Part shown: piece after piece, positions 23,041-34,220 of the stretch
How the letters are laid out: every line of letters starts with the position of its first letter
Numbering within the stretch: position 1 is the first letter of the stretch
Assembly (NCBI GenBank): GCA_965649825.1
Contig: OZ287701.1
Coordinates: forward strand, 1,229,101-1,293,100
Reading direction: 5' to 3'
From: Penicillus capitatus
Lineage: Eukaryota; Plantae; Chlorophyta
Length of the DNA: 64,000 nucleotides
The notes under the pieces: model-generated
The model's database searches: none
Told to the model about the DNA's origin: nothing
The model's input: only the letters and a program-made list of their open reading frames with translations
Program-made: the position numbers and the translations under genes

Positions 23041-25004
23041 CAAACACAATGAACTCAAGAGAATATACAAAAGCGCACGTCGACCGTCGCCACGCGCCCA
23101 TAGCCAATCCGCATTGCACAAAAATGCTTGCGTGATGTTTAGCTTTTGCGACAAAGTTTAGCGTGAAAAGGTTCGTTAACATAAAGTCGATAGTCTTCGT
23201 AATACAAGCTACCATGTCGTCTTTTTCACGGTTTTGTTGTGACATTGGCATCGTCTCCTGAAAGGTCCTTTGCTATACGTGCTGAGGCGCGTAAACGAAG
23301 GGCTCGTCAATTCACCAAGAACGGCAACGCGCACAAAGCGTTTTGTCGCTACGTCACAAAGACGGAGTATCAAACGAAGGAGCTTCAACAATCCGAAACC
23401 ATGCAATGTCAACGGCAAAACATTCTCGAGGACTCGTTTTTGAGTGCCAACGCGCGTTAACGACGTTCGCTGCGTTGCGCTACAACCCACAATTACAATA
23501 ATGTCATCTAAGGCGCCCTTTTTTGAATGTAGAATATCACAACAGCCCTCATTCTGCCAGCTTAAATTCTAGACGTTCAACGTTCGAACAATCTTTGTTG
23601 TACAATAAGCCTTCATCGCCGTTTCTTTCTAGCGCGTTTTAAGTGTTGCATCAGGGAGGACGACAACGACTAATCGTCCATTTCGACCTCAATTCGTAGA
23701 ACAAGAGACAACAGCAAATGTCTTATGTTTCTTCGACGAAATGACATAAAGAGAACAAGGGTTGTAATGTTCACTGCATGGAGAGTTTGAACAGACCGAT
23801 CAAATTAAAGAATGCCCAATCGCATCCATCACTTGATTTCTAGGGACAAACAAACGAAAGTGTGTATTTCAAACCAGTTTTTTGAATATTCTCAAGCAAT
23901 CCATGAAACTTCTCTTCAAACTCTCGTTTTAGAAACCCAACATATAGGTTAGCATCAGCCTTACTCAACTTACCAATCTGTCGAGAAAGAGTTGTGTGCA
24001 AAATCAATGGAACTGTTTCACAATTTGTAGATGTGTCAAACGTAAAAGGATGCTGCACAAAAACAAACAAAAGGCCGGATCTGTGCACAGGGAGAATAGA
24101 TACTGAAGAGATGACAATCTTCTCTGGTTATATGCTATTCAATGCAGTGTCTGCAGAACAACGCAAGCCTGAGTCTTCGTCAACGCACCCGTTCGCCAGA
24201 GCAGGCAGAACCTCCCCGGCGTGCTCTGGCGCAGCCGCGACAAAGGTGCCGATTGCCTCTATTGCCGTCCGACGCACGTCCAAGTCTTTGTCAACGGACC
24301 CATTCGTCAGAGCCGGCAGAACCTCCCCGGCACGCTCTGGCGCAGCCGCAACGACGTGGCCAATGGCCTTCATCGTTCTTTGACGAACCAACAAGTCTTC
24401 ATCGGTGCACCTCTTCGCCATTGCTGACAGAATTCCGCCGGCGTGCTGCGGCACTGTCGCGACGACGCTGTTGATGGCCTCCATCGCCCTTTGACGTACG
24501 TCCGAATCTTCATCGAAGCAGCCATTTGCCAGAGCCGGTGCGCCCTCTTCGCTGTGCTTCGGCGCCGCCGTGACGATTCTGCTGATAGCCACCATCGTCG
24601 CCAGACGTACTACGTCTGAATCTTCGTCGACACACCCATTCGCCAGAGCCAGCATAACAACGCCTGCGTGCTGCGGCGCTGCTGCGACGACGCTGCCGAT
24701 GGCCTCCGTTGCCGTTCGACGCACGTCCGAGTCTTCGTCTAAGCAGCCATTTGCCAGAGCCAACAGAACCTCAGAGGCATGTTGCGGCGCCGCCGCCGCA
24801 GCAACGCTGCCGATAGCCTCCGTCGCCACTCGACGCATGCCCCAGTCTTCGTCGGCACACTTGTTCGTTAGCGTCGGTAGAACCTCACCTGCGTACTGTG
24901 GAGCTGCCGTGACAAGGCTGCTGATGGCTTGCATCGCTTTCCGACGCACCAACATATCTTCGTCGACACACCCATTCGTCAGAGCCGGCAGAACCTCGCC
25001 GGCG
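22710..25004. repeat. Segmental duplication, copy 2
   Basis: See 4359-6989. Confidence 0.95.
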
Positions 25005-26548
25005 TGTTGCGGCGCTGCTTCGACGACGCGGTGTATGGCCTCCACCGCCGTTTGTCGCACGTCCGGAGCTTCGTCGACACATCCATTTGTCAGAACCAGC
25101 AGAACCTCGCCGGCATGCTGCGGCATTTGTTCTGCGACAAAACTCAACCTTCTGATGCATTCTTTTGGATTGCACTGACTACCAGGTTCTTCTGCTAGTT
25201 GCAAAACGAATTGAATTATCATGTAACTCTGCTTTGGTGAGTGCCTTGCAAGCTTTAAGGCATCCTCAATTTTAGTCATCATCTTCCATGTTAAATCGTC
25301 CGAACTTTCCAGAATTCTCTTCACTTCTTCGGTGGTGTCATCGAGAACTTTAGGAAATCGTTTCAAAACGCATGACAGTCGTCGGAACTCTTCGACCACG
25401 ATTTTATGAATTAGAACATCATTGCTACTACGTTCAAGCAGCTGCCGAGCGCTTTCAGCGAGCTTTTTTGCTGGTTCGTCGTTCAGAAGGTCTTCTAAGT
25501 CGTCTTCATCTGTCTCTTCTAGGGTTGCCTCGAGAACTCGCATCCTTAAGAAAAAGTGTTGTACTCCAAGAACTTCGACAGGATTCTCGTCCACAATCGA
25601 GAGCATCTGTGTTAGTGCATTTTTGCCTCGCTTCTGTGCTAAAGCGTGCATTGCGAAGGAAATTGTCAAGGCGTTCTTTCGATTGTACTTTCCTTCTTGA
25701 ATGAACTTTTTCACTCGTGTTTCTTCGTCCGATCCTTTGTTCTTCAAGCTCCTGGCAATGAATTTTCCAGCGAAATACTCCTGAAATGTGAGGTGAGGGA
25801 ACTGATACTGTTGTCCCTCCAATACGAGCAAGAGGAATCCGCTTTCCTTGAAAAACTTGGATGCGTTTGTGGATGTTGCGCAACGCTCAACGATTCTTTG
25901 TTCGATAAGTATTTGTCTTTTTCTAAGAGCATCAAAAGCGATCTTCTCTAGATCTCCGAAAATCGCCATCTTGTTTGCATTTATAGCTGTTGGCTTGTCT
26001 TCAAACCTCTTCCATACAAAGTTTGTCATGTCGCAGTAGATCTGAAACATGCTTGCCCTTTTCCCTCGATATTCAACAGCGGTGCCATGTTCTTTCGACA
26101 AAGAACAGAGAATGTGCACCGTCACCGGAATGTGCGCGGTTTCCCACATACCTCGATCTTGTTGCAAAGAAAGGACGAGTCTCGAAGCATCGTCTTGCTG
26201 GAGTTCTCTGTGTATGTAGTTCATTAGCTGTCGGTCGTTGAATCCAAGGCACTCGAACTGACAATCGACCTTCGCTCGTATCTGTTGAAGATTGTACGGT
26301 CGTGTCAGTATCAGCACCTTGCACGAACGCCTCTCCGCTGCATAAACGAGCTCCGCGGCGTCTTCGCCAGCATTAGATCCAATGACAGCGACTGATTTGA
26401 AGTTTCCTGTTAAAGCAGAGATCTCAGTTCTCGCTACTGTCTTCTGGACGGATGCAGAACTCGATACTTTATGAGTGCTCTCGCCTCTGATTACTAAGTA
26501 GTTTTGCATCACTGTATCAACGTCGACGACGTAGAGAGAAACAGACAT
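24128..26548 (-). CDS. NLR-like STAND (NACHT-type) protein with C-terminal HEAT repeats, probably 5'-truncated
   Basis: Intronless 806-aa ORF; VLILTRPY (sensor-1-like), HIPVTVHILC, YQFPHLTFQEYFAG (winged-helix motif); about nine 37-38 aa HEAT repeats; no Walker A/B in the ORF. Confidence 0.8.
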   Translation of the reverse strand: MSVSLYVVDVDTVMQNYLVIRGESTHKVSSSASVQKTVARTEISALTGNFKSVAVIGSNAGEDAAELVYAAERRSCKVLILTRPYNLQQIRAKVDCQFECLGFNDRQLMNYIHRELQQDDASRLVLSLQQDRGMWETAHIPVTVHILCSLSKEHGTAVEYRGKRASMFQIYCDMTNFVWKRFEDKPTAINANKMAIFGDLEKIAFDALRKRQILIEQRIVERCATSTNASKFFKESGFLLLVLEGQQYQFPHLTFQEYFAGKFIARSLKNKGSDEETRVKKFIQEGKYNRKNALTISFAMHALAQKRGKNALTQMLSIVDENPVEVLGVQHFFLRMRVLEATLEETDEDDLEDLLNDEPAKKLAESARQLLERSSNDVLIHKIVVEEFRRLSCVLKRFPKVLDDTTEEVKRILESSDDLTWKMMTKIEDALKLARHSPKQSYMIIQFVLQLAEEPGSQCNPKECIRRLSFVAEQMPQHAGEVLLVLTNGCVDEAPDVRQTAVEAIHRVVEAAPQHAGEVLPALTNGCVDEDMLVRRKAMQAISSLVTAAPQYAGEVLPTLTNKCADEDWGMRRVATEAIGSVAAAAAPQHASEVLLALANGCLDEDSDVRRTATEAIGSVVAAAPQHAGVVMLALANGCVDEDSDVVRLATMVAISRIVTAAPKHSEEGAPALANGCFDEDSDVRQRAMEAINSVVATVPQHAGGILSAMAKRCTDEDLLVRQRTMKAIGHVVAAAPERAGEVLPALTNGSVDKDLDVRRTAIEAIGTFVAAAPEHAGEVLPALANGCVDEDSGLRCSADTALNSI

Positions 26549-27562
26549 ATGCTGCGCTTACAAGGCTGGTTTGTTAAATTTGAGGTCGACTGCCCCAAAA
26601 AACAGTAGTCATACAGACTCATTTTTGTTTCTGCGGATGGAACATCGGTGTCTTCATTACAGGAGTATTCAAGCAGGCACGGATGCACAGAAAACGAAGT
26701 CAGGCAAGATATTGGTCACACTTTACCTAGCAGACTGAGATGCATGAATGTGCTCTCGATCGCACCACGCGAAAGCCGACGACTTCGTCACACCAGTTTC
26801 ACTCTACAAGATAGTGTAGCAATCATAGATGGAAGGAAACATGCATATGGCGAATCAAATACTGTCTGCGTGCATACCGGTGGAACTATTGAATGAAAGA
26901 CGATCTTGTCTCAGTCCTTATCTTCACAGAAGCAGTACATATCTTTAGAGAAGATGAGGGTCTCCCAGTTCTCCCAGTGAACTGCGACGCATGTCAAATG
27001 CGACGTGGGACAATTAATTAGTCGAGGGTAAGTGTGACATACATCTATTGGCGACAGAGTGTTCTGAAACGCTCTAAGAGTGAGATTCTGCAGGATCGTT
27101 ATCCATTTCTCAGTCGTTGACCAGGAGAAAGGCAGATTCACCCGTATGCACAAGGGTGGTTTGCACAGGGTCTCGCTGAAGATCATTTTGCTCTATCCGT
27201 CAGTCCGATGGCCGCGTCTCCGTGGACACCAACCAGTAACCGCTTGAAAACGTCACAGCCTTCAGCGTGCCTGGATACGCATGAAAGCAGCCGGAATCGG
27301 CAGAATAGCAGGAAAACTAACCGCGTAGCATATATCTCATTCTATGATGTGACTTTTCTCATCGCAGATCCAATAACAGCAGAACGGACGCGCGGCATCT
27401 ACCAAAACGAGCAGAGATGTTGTCAGATGCGCTGTTTTATGGCGCTCTGCTAGCCGTTAGTCAATTAATACGTTGCATCTACGTGCAGTTGTGGCCATTG
27501 TCGTTTTCTTCTAACTCTATCATTCGCGCGCAGCTTTCAGACCTGTCGTGTCACCCGTATCG

Positions 27563-28211
27563 ATGTTTGCCAACGAGCCCCCTTCGGCAGCCCAGCAGGC
27601 TTCTTCGAACAAAGCTGGACAACCGCCAACCGCCAACCAAGGTGCTCCGTATGCTCCTCCCGCCTCATCGCAACACGTCGTCCATCCGAGTGCCCCTCCA
27701 TCAAAAGAAGGATACGAAGGCAAATACGAGGGGCCTCCCCAATTCTCTGGACCGACACCTCCTCAACCACTGCACCCGCAGCAAAACTACGTCCCAGCGC
27801 CACCACAGGGCTATTCACAACCATACCCTCCTGCTGGACAGCCGCCTGTACAAACACACGCGCTCGGAAATCCACAGTACCATCAACCGCCGGGCGGTTA
27901 TCCAGTAGGAACACCCGTTGTCGTGAATGCCCCTCCAGTTCAAACACAATCTGCACCTCCACGAGTTCCTTACGTTTCAAGTCGACCTCCTCCCGTGGCT
28001 CCTCCTGGATATACCTATGTCCTCGAACAGAAGTTGGCACCCATCCCTCTCTTTCTGGTTATCTGCTGTTGCTGCCTTATCTTCCCATTTAATTTCCTTT
28101 TCCTCCTTTGTATCAACGAAAGATACTGGACACTGATTCCAACAGGTAAACTGACGATTCTCAAGGCATACACGCATCCTATGATGCATGTGTTGTATAG
28201 GGCATCGTTAA
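27563..28211 (+). CDS. Pro/Gln/Tyr-rich protein with Cys-rich C-terminal membrane segment (BRI3/CYSTM-like)
   Basis: PQGYSQPYPP-type region, then LFLVICCCCLIFPFNFLFLLC; GT-AG intron 28146-28200. Confidence 0.75.
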
Positions 28212-28899
28212 GGTTACCGCTAAACGATCGATCGCAGCCTCGTGCACACTACAGAGACTACAAACCAAAAATCCACAGCTGTTTTATTCTCGACGAGTAT
28301 TTGGAAAAAAAGCGTCTTAGTTCTGTGATTATCATCTTATCGACTCGACTCACGCTTCGTCATCGCTTTCTGTTATGTCATGCATCTTTGGTGTAGTGCT
28401 TAGAAATACGACTGTGCTCTCCATGGATGGCGTGTCTTCTGTGTCACCAACATCTCGGCGAATAATTTTGCAAGGATTCGTCAGTTATTGCTCGTGTGTG
28501 GAATTTAAACATCTGGATCGATCCGCTGACTCAATCTCTCACTCGAGAGCGAGGTGGCTAGCGTGTTGCGTTGCGTGCATCGATGGCTTCGTTATCTTTT
28601 TTACACGAGGTATGTCAGCGTGTTGCGTCACAGAAGGAAGGGTGGGTGCTATTTCGCTAAGGTACATTCTTTTGACCAAGGCGTTTCTTCGCATCGTCTT
28701 CCAGAAACTTCATCATCAGCCGTCCTGCAACTGTTCCAGAGTGCACCGTATCACATTCCCCGGCTGCAAACAATGCATTCGATGAGAGATATCTTCACGA
28801 TCAGCCAGCAAGTATTACCCATTTCTTCAGGAGCGCGAGGTTTCGGCGGTGGCGGCGTGCTGGGCAACGACAATCTCACACCACCCGTCCCTACCTTCG

Positions 28900-29496
28900 T
28901 CACCTGCTTACCGTCCAGAAGATCCCCAATCTCGGACGGTCTGCAGAGGAGCGCACAGGCCTCTTGCGAGGAACGATCGAGCGGAGAGGGGTAATCACGC
29001 TTTGATGGTGGAAGGACGGGCGTGAATGGGTGTCTGAACCGATAGAGGTGGTGGCAGAGAAGGTCGCGCTTGTGTCTTCGTTTCTGTCACGGGCTCGAGA
29101 CCTTAACGCACCACAACGTCTTCTCAGATCATCACCGACGGCACACCACCTCCTGGATCGAGGGTCGCGAACGTCGCTTTGCTGTAGGGCGTCGCAGATT
29201 GGCCCTACAGAAAGGGGCCGAGCTCCGGTGGCGAGACAGAGGATGATGTGACGTACTGGCGAGCCGAAGAAGCTCTCCGAGTGGCGTCGCGTGGGATGAA
29301 CGGTGCGGAGACTGTAGGTCAGGCCACCGAGCCGAGCGCGATCGAAGTTGTCTTCGATTTGGGCGACGTCGAACGTTGTCGGTTTGTATGACGGCGGAGA
29401 CGGCTTCGGTGTGAGTGGTTGGTTAAGGGTGGCAGCGATAGAAGGTCGACTCGTCGCCTGTTCTTCTTGAGCGAACGATTCTCGGCGATCCGTCAT
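28900..29496 (-). CDS. Hypothetical protein (probably first exon of a multi-exon gene)
   Basis: ~200-aa open frame with ATG; no recognised domain. Confidence 0.4.
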   Translation of the reverse strand: MTDRRESFAQEEQATSRPSIAATLNQPLTPKPSPPSYKPTTFDVAQIEDNFDRARLGGLTYSLRTVHPTRRHSESFFGSPVRHIILCLATGARPLSVGPICDALQQSDVRDPRSRRWCAVGDDLRRRCGALRSRARDRNEDTSATFSATTSIGSDTHSRPSFHHQSVITPLRSIVPRKRPVRSSADRPRLGIFWTVSR

Positions 29497-29581
29497 TGCA
29501 AGCGGCGACACGGAGTTGACGTCGGTCGGCCCTAATAAACGACGACGGTGCGCGCACCGCTGCTCGGGTAGCTGTCAGGCA

Positions 29582-32500
29582 TCAACCGGCATGACCTCTA
29601 AAACGAGCGTTTTCGTAAGAAAACGATGTTAATTGTGTCATCAAGTCTTGCTGAGTTGCGATTTGCCCCTCCATATCTTTTAACTGAGCACCATTCAGTG
29701 TTCCGTATACTGTCAAGACACATTGATGGACTCTGGGAATGAGCTCCATCTCGGAGATTGCTGCCAATGAGATGTCTGTCTTGAAGTGCATCGACAGAGG
29801 ACTCTGTCTTGTAAATTTCTTTGTTCTGAGGCTGTCGACCATGCGCATGTAGCTGAGCAGCAGGTCAGGTCGTCCTTCGGCGAACATTGGAGCCGAGGCC
29901 GTTTCGCTGTAGACTGTCCCTAACTGAATCTCTGCCTTTTCCAGGATGGACTCAGAATTGCTGGATGTGCGTTTCCAGACGATAAGAAGAGACAAGAGTG
30001 CTTCAAGGGCAGCTCTGAAACTGGGAAACAATGCACGAGCAGCTTCGACGGATTTCTGTTGATGTACGGCGCTGATGGCAAACTCACACATTTCGCCAAA
30101 CCACGGGGCAGCCACAGAGGCCTCTGTATGGGATGATCGTCGATGCAGTGATTGAATGATCCTTTTGATCCTTCTCATAATCTGAATAGTGATCCGCTGT
30201 GGAATCGAAACAGAAAAGCTGTGACAAAGCGCCATTGCCCGAAAGAATCCGCACAGGACTGCAGAGAACACACCGAGCTCACAGGATGAAGGCATGTGGA
30301 CACTCTTTCGCTTTTTCCTCTGCACAAGACTGAGCAGCACATGCCGAAAATAGCCATCCCAAAAACAACGGTATACGCTTTCCAGTATCTTTCCTGGCAG
30401 TTTGTTGTCGCTGGCTGACAGTGCATCTCTGAAGTGATGCATAGAGACAATGAGAAACTGAAGGGAGCCGAATTTGGATGCCAGCTGCTCAGAGAGCTCC
30501 AGTCTCTTCAGCAACGCAGACAAGAGACCATCGGGTGATGTGTGCGGAAGCACAGCGATGAACGCTTTTAGCAGAGCTTGTTGACAAACGGCAGCCCGCT
30601 TGGCATTTTCGCAGACGATTTCGGCAGAAAAGGAGGCAGCGGTGAAGGACTGTTTCAGAGGATGCGGAGCAGGACGGTCGATTTCGATGACTCTCGTGAA
30701 AAGCTGCAGATGAAGCTGAGCCAAGTGCATCGTGACATCCTCTTCGGCCATCTCTGTATCTATCCAGATGCAAAGCGTATGCAAGAAGTATCCGATACGG
30801 TCTAAACAGACAGGGATTTCTGTCCAGGACTGTCTGGACGCCAGCTGTGTAATCTGATGCAAAAGGGCGGCGATCAATGGTCGTAGATCAGTCCAGGAGA
30901 CTTGATCCATCACACTGCTCATATCGGCCACGATCCCTGATAAAGTACCCAGCTGGAGATCGCTCCAGAGTTGCTCATCTGGATCAAACTTATGTTGCTG
31001 AGCCGCCTGGAGATAAGGCAGCACAACCGTTCGCAGGAAAGTGGGAATTTCGTGATAGTCTGGGCACAATTGACGCTTTTTAAGTTCCTTGTGCATTTCT
31101 TCGTTCCAGTAGAGAGTGGTCTGTCCCTTGACGCAACTGGGTCTTGGTTGATAATGTTTTCTGCGTAGCCAGATGCACAGGCGAACAAAAACAGCTACAT
31201 GTACAAGCTGAAGGCAATGGTCTTCTACCGTGTCTTTGTCCGTTCTTCGCGTCAGCTCAGCAAACAGATCCAAAGCGGTGCAGCGTTTCTGTTTCCATAC
31301 AGCTTTCTTGGATGCTCTGTGAGACGAAGGGCCGAAGAAAGGGAGCGATCCACGACACCATTGACTGAAGATAAACTGCCTCATCAGAGCAAAGACTGCC
31401 GCTTCAGCCCCGGGCAGATGCTCCGTGGGCGATCCCCGACAGATAACCACACTGCAATGCCGAATCCAGAGCAAAGCTGGACCCAGATAATCGAGCTCTT
31501 CTGCAGAGTGATCCTGGAGCGACGCCAATGAGACCAACGAAAGGCAGTTCAGTATTCGAGGATCATACGTAATGGAACTGATCCAGAGTACGCCCGCTTC
31601 GAGGATCAGACGATCGGAACCAAAGAACAACGCCGGCAGCTTCAAGCCAAATTCCAAAAAGTCCAATAGTTCAGCCACTGGAGCGTCGGCTTCGCCTTGT
31701 GGACACCGAAGCCTCGCCTTGAGAGATCTCTTGACCCTTGCGGTTATCTCTGGCACCGAGAGATGAAGCGGTTCAGCAAAGAGAGCAGATATCTGTCGGA
31801 TCAGATGTCGCAGAAAAGCTGTCTTCCATACGTCTCTGAAGGAGGCCGCCGATAAAGGGGCTGGATGCCGAAAGAGCTCGACGAAGAATCTTCTGTTCGC
31901 AGAAAAGTCGACCAGCATCCCTTCAAGACAGCACAGCATTTGATCTGGATGTGCGAAAGCGGTGACTGGCATAAAGTACTGTGTCCACATCGTTTCTCGA
32001 AGCTTTCTGGCACTCGGGTCCCTTTTCATGTCTTCCAACAACTGAAACAAAAGACGTGCGGTCTTGACACCCCTCTCTTTGAACGGTGTTGCTTCTCCCT
32101 TGTAGCTCCGTGCAAGATCTTCATGAAAGAGCCAGTTTATGCGACGAAGGAGACAGTGTGCCATTTCTTCCTTTACCGCGTCCTTTCTGGAGAGCGACTT
32201 CGTCTTTATCAAGGACTCGATCTCCATGCAGCTCATGCTGTTCAGCTCTTCGGCCATCGGATTCCAGTTCTTGCAGCGTTCGATCTGTACGTCTGCCAGA
32301 CGAAGCACTTTCAGAAACGAGCAAAATCGAACAGAGTCCTTGGCATTGTCCAACTGTCCGAACGTCGGAGTACATTCAGAAAGGCAACGTCCAGCGGCGA
32401 AGGCACTCGTTTCTGGAATCCTGATCGAAGCCATAAGCTCCGCTATCAGTCTGCAAATAGCTTCGGAACACTGCGATGCTTCGATTTTCCAAAGATCACC

Positions 32501-33988
32501 GCTCCGGCGTCGAATCTCATCGAGCAGCATTTCTAAGAACGGCTGCACTTCGAGAGAGGGTAGATCTGCTGTCCCTTTCCTGAAAGCTTCTGCAACCTCG
32601 TCTGTCTCGAGCAGCACACAGAGAGCAGGAGCAGATGGAAGCGCTTTCAGAAACATTGAAACAAAGGACGTCCATTTTCGCGATCTTCCAGAGACTTCCA
32701 TGAGATGGACCATGATCTTTGCCACTTCCTCCACTGGATGCGCCTCTCCCAAAAGCTGCAGCACTTCGCTTAGACGCGGACTCAAACTCCGATGTTCGAT
32801 ACGGATGAGGACGGCGACCATTCGGCATCGGATATCGACTTCTCTCTCGGCTGATGACGGCATCAGCTTTCTCCTTTTCTTTCGAGGGGATGCAAGTTCT
32901 TGCGGGACAGCTCTGACAAAGATTCTCCCTGTGAGCCTCTGAAGAAACTGCAGCTGCCGGAATCCCTCATCTAGTGTTGGTTCGTACAGCTGCTGTCGAT
33001 CAATCTCGTCCAAGAGATCATGAATGGCCCCAAGCACCGCAGCACTGTCTCGTTCACACCCGCAGAAAGAAATCTCAATCATCCTTGCAGCGAAGAGAAA
33101 TCCAGCTTTCCTTGTCGAAATCAGACGCCATTGCTCAGACGCCTTGCTGTTGGTGAGACCAGCCAGAAATCCACGGAGGAAGAAAGAAAACGAGGCAGAT
33201 GTCTGTGGAATAGATATGGCCATGGCTTTGAGCGTTGACATGAGCGCATGAACGGAGGGCGCTTTATCGTTTGCTGTCTCAATCTCTTTCCCCGTCAAAA
33301 TCGTCATCTCGTTCGAACTCAAATACGTTCTCCATTGTTTCAGCATCGAGGCGTGAAACAGCATCGATATCACGAGCGTGTCGTAATCCTCCTTCGCCGC
33401 AAGAACGGATCGATGTTCCAGAAACGTCTCCAAGAGCACCGTCCGCAACAGATGGAAGACTCCGGTGACGTTTGCTTTGTTGCGGACAACATGGACGAGA
33501 ATACGTGCCACGACGCATCCGACTTTCTCCTGGGCATCCGGATACATCACACAACTCTTCAGAATCTCCATCCCGTCGCCAAAGGCTCTCCCCATGTCGA
33601 AAAGCATCGCGCACTTTTCGATGCCGATCGCGTTCAGTATCGCCGAAATCGTGTTCTGCATTGCCTCGCAGGCAGAGGGACATTCCATGAGATGACATAA
33701 ACCGTCCTTGGTTGCTCGAATGAGGCCGTACAGAGTGTCTTTTCCGATGTCCCAGATGTCCTTTCCCCAACCCTCGCACAGTCGCTGCAGCATTTGCCAG
33801 ATCCTCCCGATTCTTTTCGCCTCTTCTCGAGACGTCCTGTTTCGCAGCGTCTGGATCAGCGTCGCGCACAGCTGCTGTCGTTCCGTATCCGCCGGCGGCG
33901 GCGGAGAGCTTTCGGACTGAAGGGTGTTGACACGAGACACCATCTCCGACTCTAATACCTTGAGAGGCACCTTCGACACGCGTTCCAT
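29582..33988 (-). CDS. URB2: Large alpha-helical protein, URB2/Npa2-like nucleolar factor
   Basis: 1468-aa single-exon ORF. Its size and C-terminal end (LIPRVHQCVLTVYGTL...SYENARFRG) resemble the Urb2 domain, by recollection only. Confidence 0.55.
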   Translation of the reverse strand: MERVSKVPLKVLESEMVSRVNTLQSESSPPPPADTERQQLCATLIQTLRNRTSREEAKRIGRIWQMLQRLCEGWGKDIWDIGKDTLYGLIRATKDGLCHLMECPSACEAMQNTISAILNAIGIEKCAMLFDMGRAFGDGMEILKSCVMYPDAQEKVGCVVARILVHVVRNKANVTGVFHLLRTVLLETFLEHRSVLAAKEDYDTLVISMLFHASMLKQWRTYLSSNEMTILTGKEIETANDKAPSVHALMSTLKAMAISIPQTSASFSFFLRGFLAGLTNSKASEQWRLISTRKAGFLFAARMIEISFCGCERDSAAVLGAIHDLLDEIDRQQLYEPTLDEGFRQLQFLQRLTGRIFVRAVPQELASPRKKRRKLMPSSAEREVDIRCRMVAVLIRIEHRSLSPRLSEVLQLLGEAHPVEEVAKIMVHLMEVSGRSRKWTSFVSMFLKALPSAPALCVLLETDEVAEAFRKGTADLPSLEVQPFLEMLLDEIRRRSGDLWKIEASQCSEAICRLIAELMASIRIPETSAFAAGRCLSECTPTFGQLDNAKDSVRFCSFLKVLRLADVQIERCKNWNPMAEELNSMSCMEIESLIKTKSLSRKDAVKEEMAHCLLRRINWLFHEDLARSYKGEATPFKERGVKTARLLFQLLEDMKRDPSARKLRETMWTQYFMPVTAFAHPDQMLCCLEGMLVDFSANRRFFVELFRHPAPLSAASFRDVWKTAFLRHLIRQISALFAEPLHLSVPEITARVKRSLKARLRCPQGEADAPVAELLDFLEFGLKLPALFFGSDRLILEAGVLWISSITYDPRILNCLSLVSLASLQDHSAEELDYLGPALLWIRHCSVVICRGSPTEHLPGAEAAVFALMRQFIFSQWCRGSLPFFGPSSHRASKKAVWKQKRCTALDLFAELTRRTDKDTVEDHCLQLVHVAVFVRLCIWLRRKHYQPRPSCVKGQTTLYWNEEMHKELKKRQLCPDYHEIPTFLRTVVLPYLQAAQQHKFDPDEQLWSDLQLGTLSGIVADMSSVMDQVSWTDLRPLIAALLHQITQLASRQSWTEIPVCLDRIGYFLHTLCIWIDTEMAEEDVTMHLAQLHLQLFTRVIEIDRPAPHPLKQSFTAASFSAEIVCENAKRAAVCQQALLKAFIAVLPHTSPDGLLSALLKRLELSEQLASKFGSLQFLIVSMHHFRDALSASDNKLPGKILESVYRCFWDGYFRHVLLSLVQRKKRKSVHMPSSCELGVFSAVLCGFFRAMALCHSFSVSIPQRITIQIMRRIKRIIQSLHRRSSHTEASVAAPWFGEMCEFAISAVHQQKSVEAARALFPSFRAALEALLSLLIVWKRTSSNSESILEKAEIQLGTVYSETASAPMFAEGRPDLLLSYMRMVDSLRTKKFTRQSPLSMHFKTDISLAAISEMELIPRVHQCVLTVYGTLNGAQLKDMEGQIATQQDLMTQLTSFSYENARFRGHAG

Positions 33989-34220
33989 GACGATTGGCCT
34001 TCTGGCGGCGTTCTTAGTACAGGCTTCGCCAAGCGGCAGTTAACGCGTAGTCAAACGTAAGACATTACGTACGCAATTGTCTTTTTAGTTTTGTTACGTG
34101 TGCCACATCCAATCGCAAAATCTTGCGCGCACGTACGTACTCTTGTCAAAAGCATTGCGCATTCCCGTACGCGTGTTCAACACCTTGCATTGCATAAGAA
34201 GACCGTCAACGTTTTGCCGC

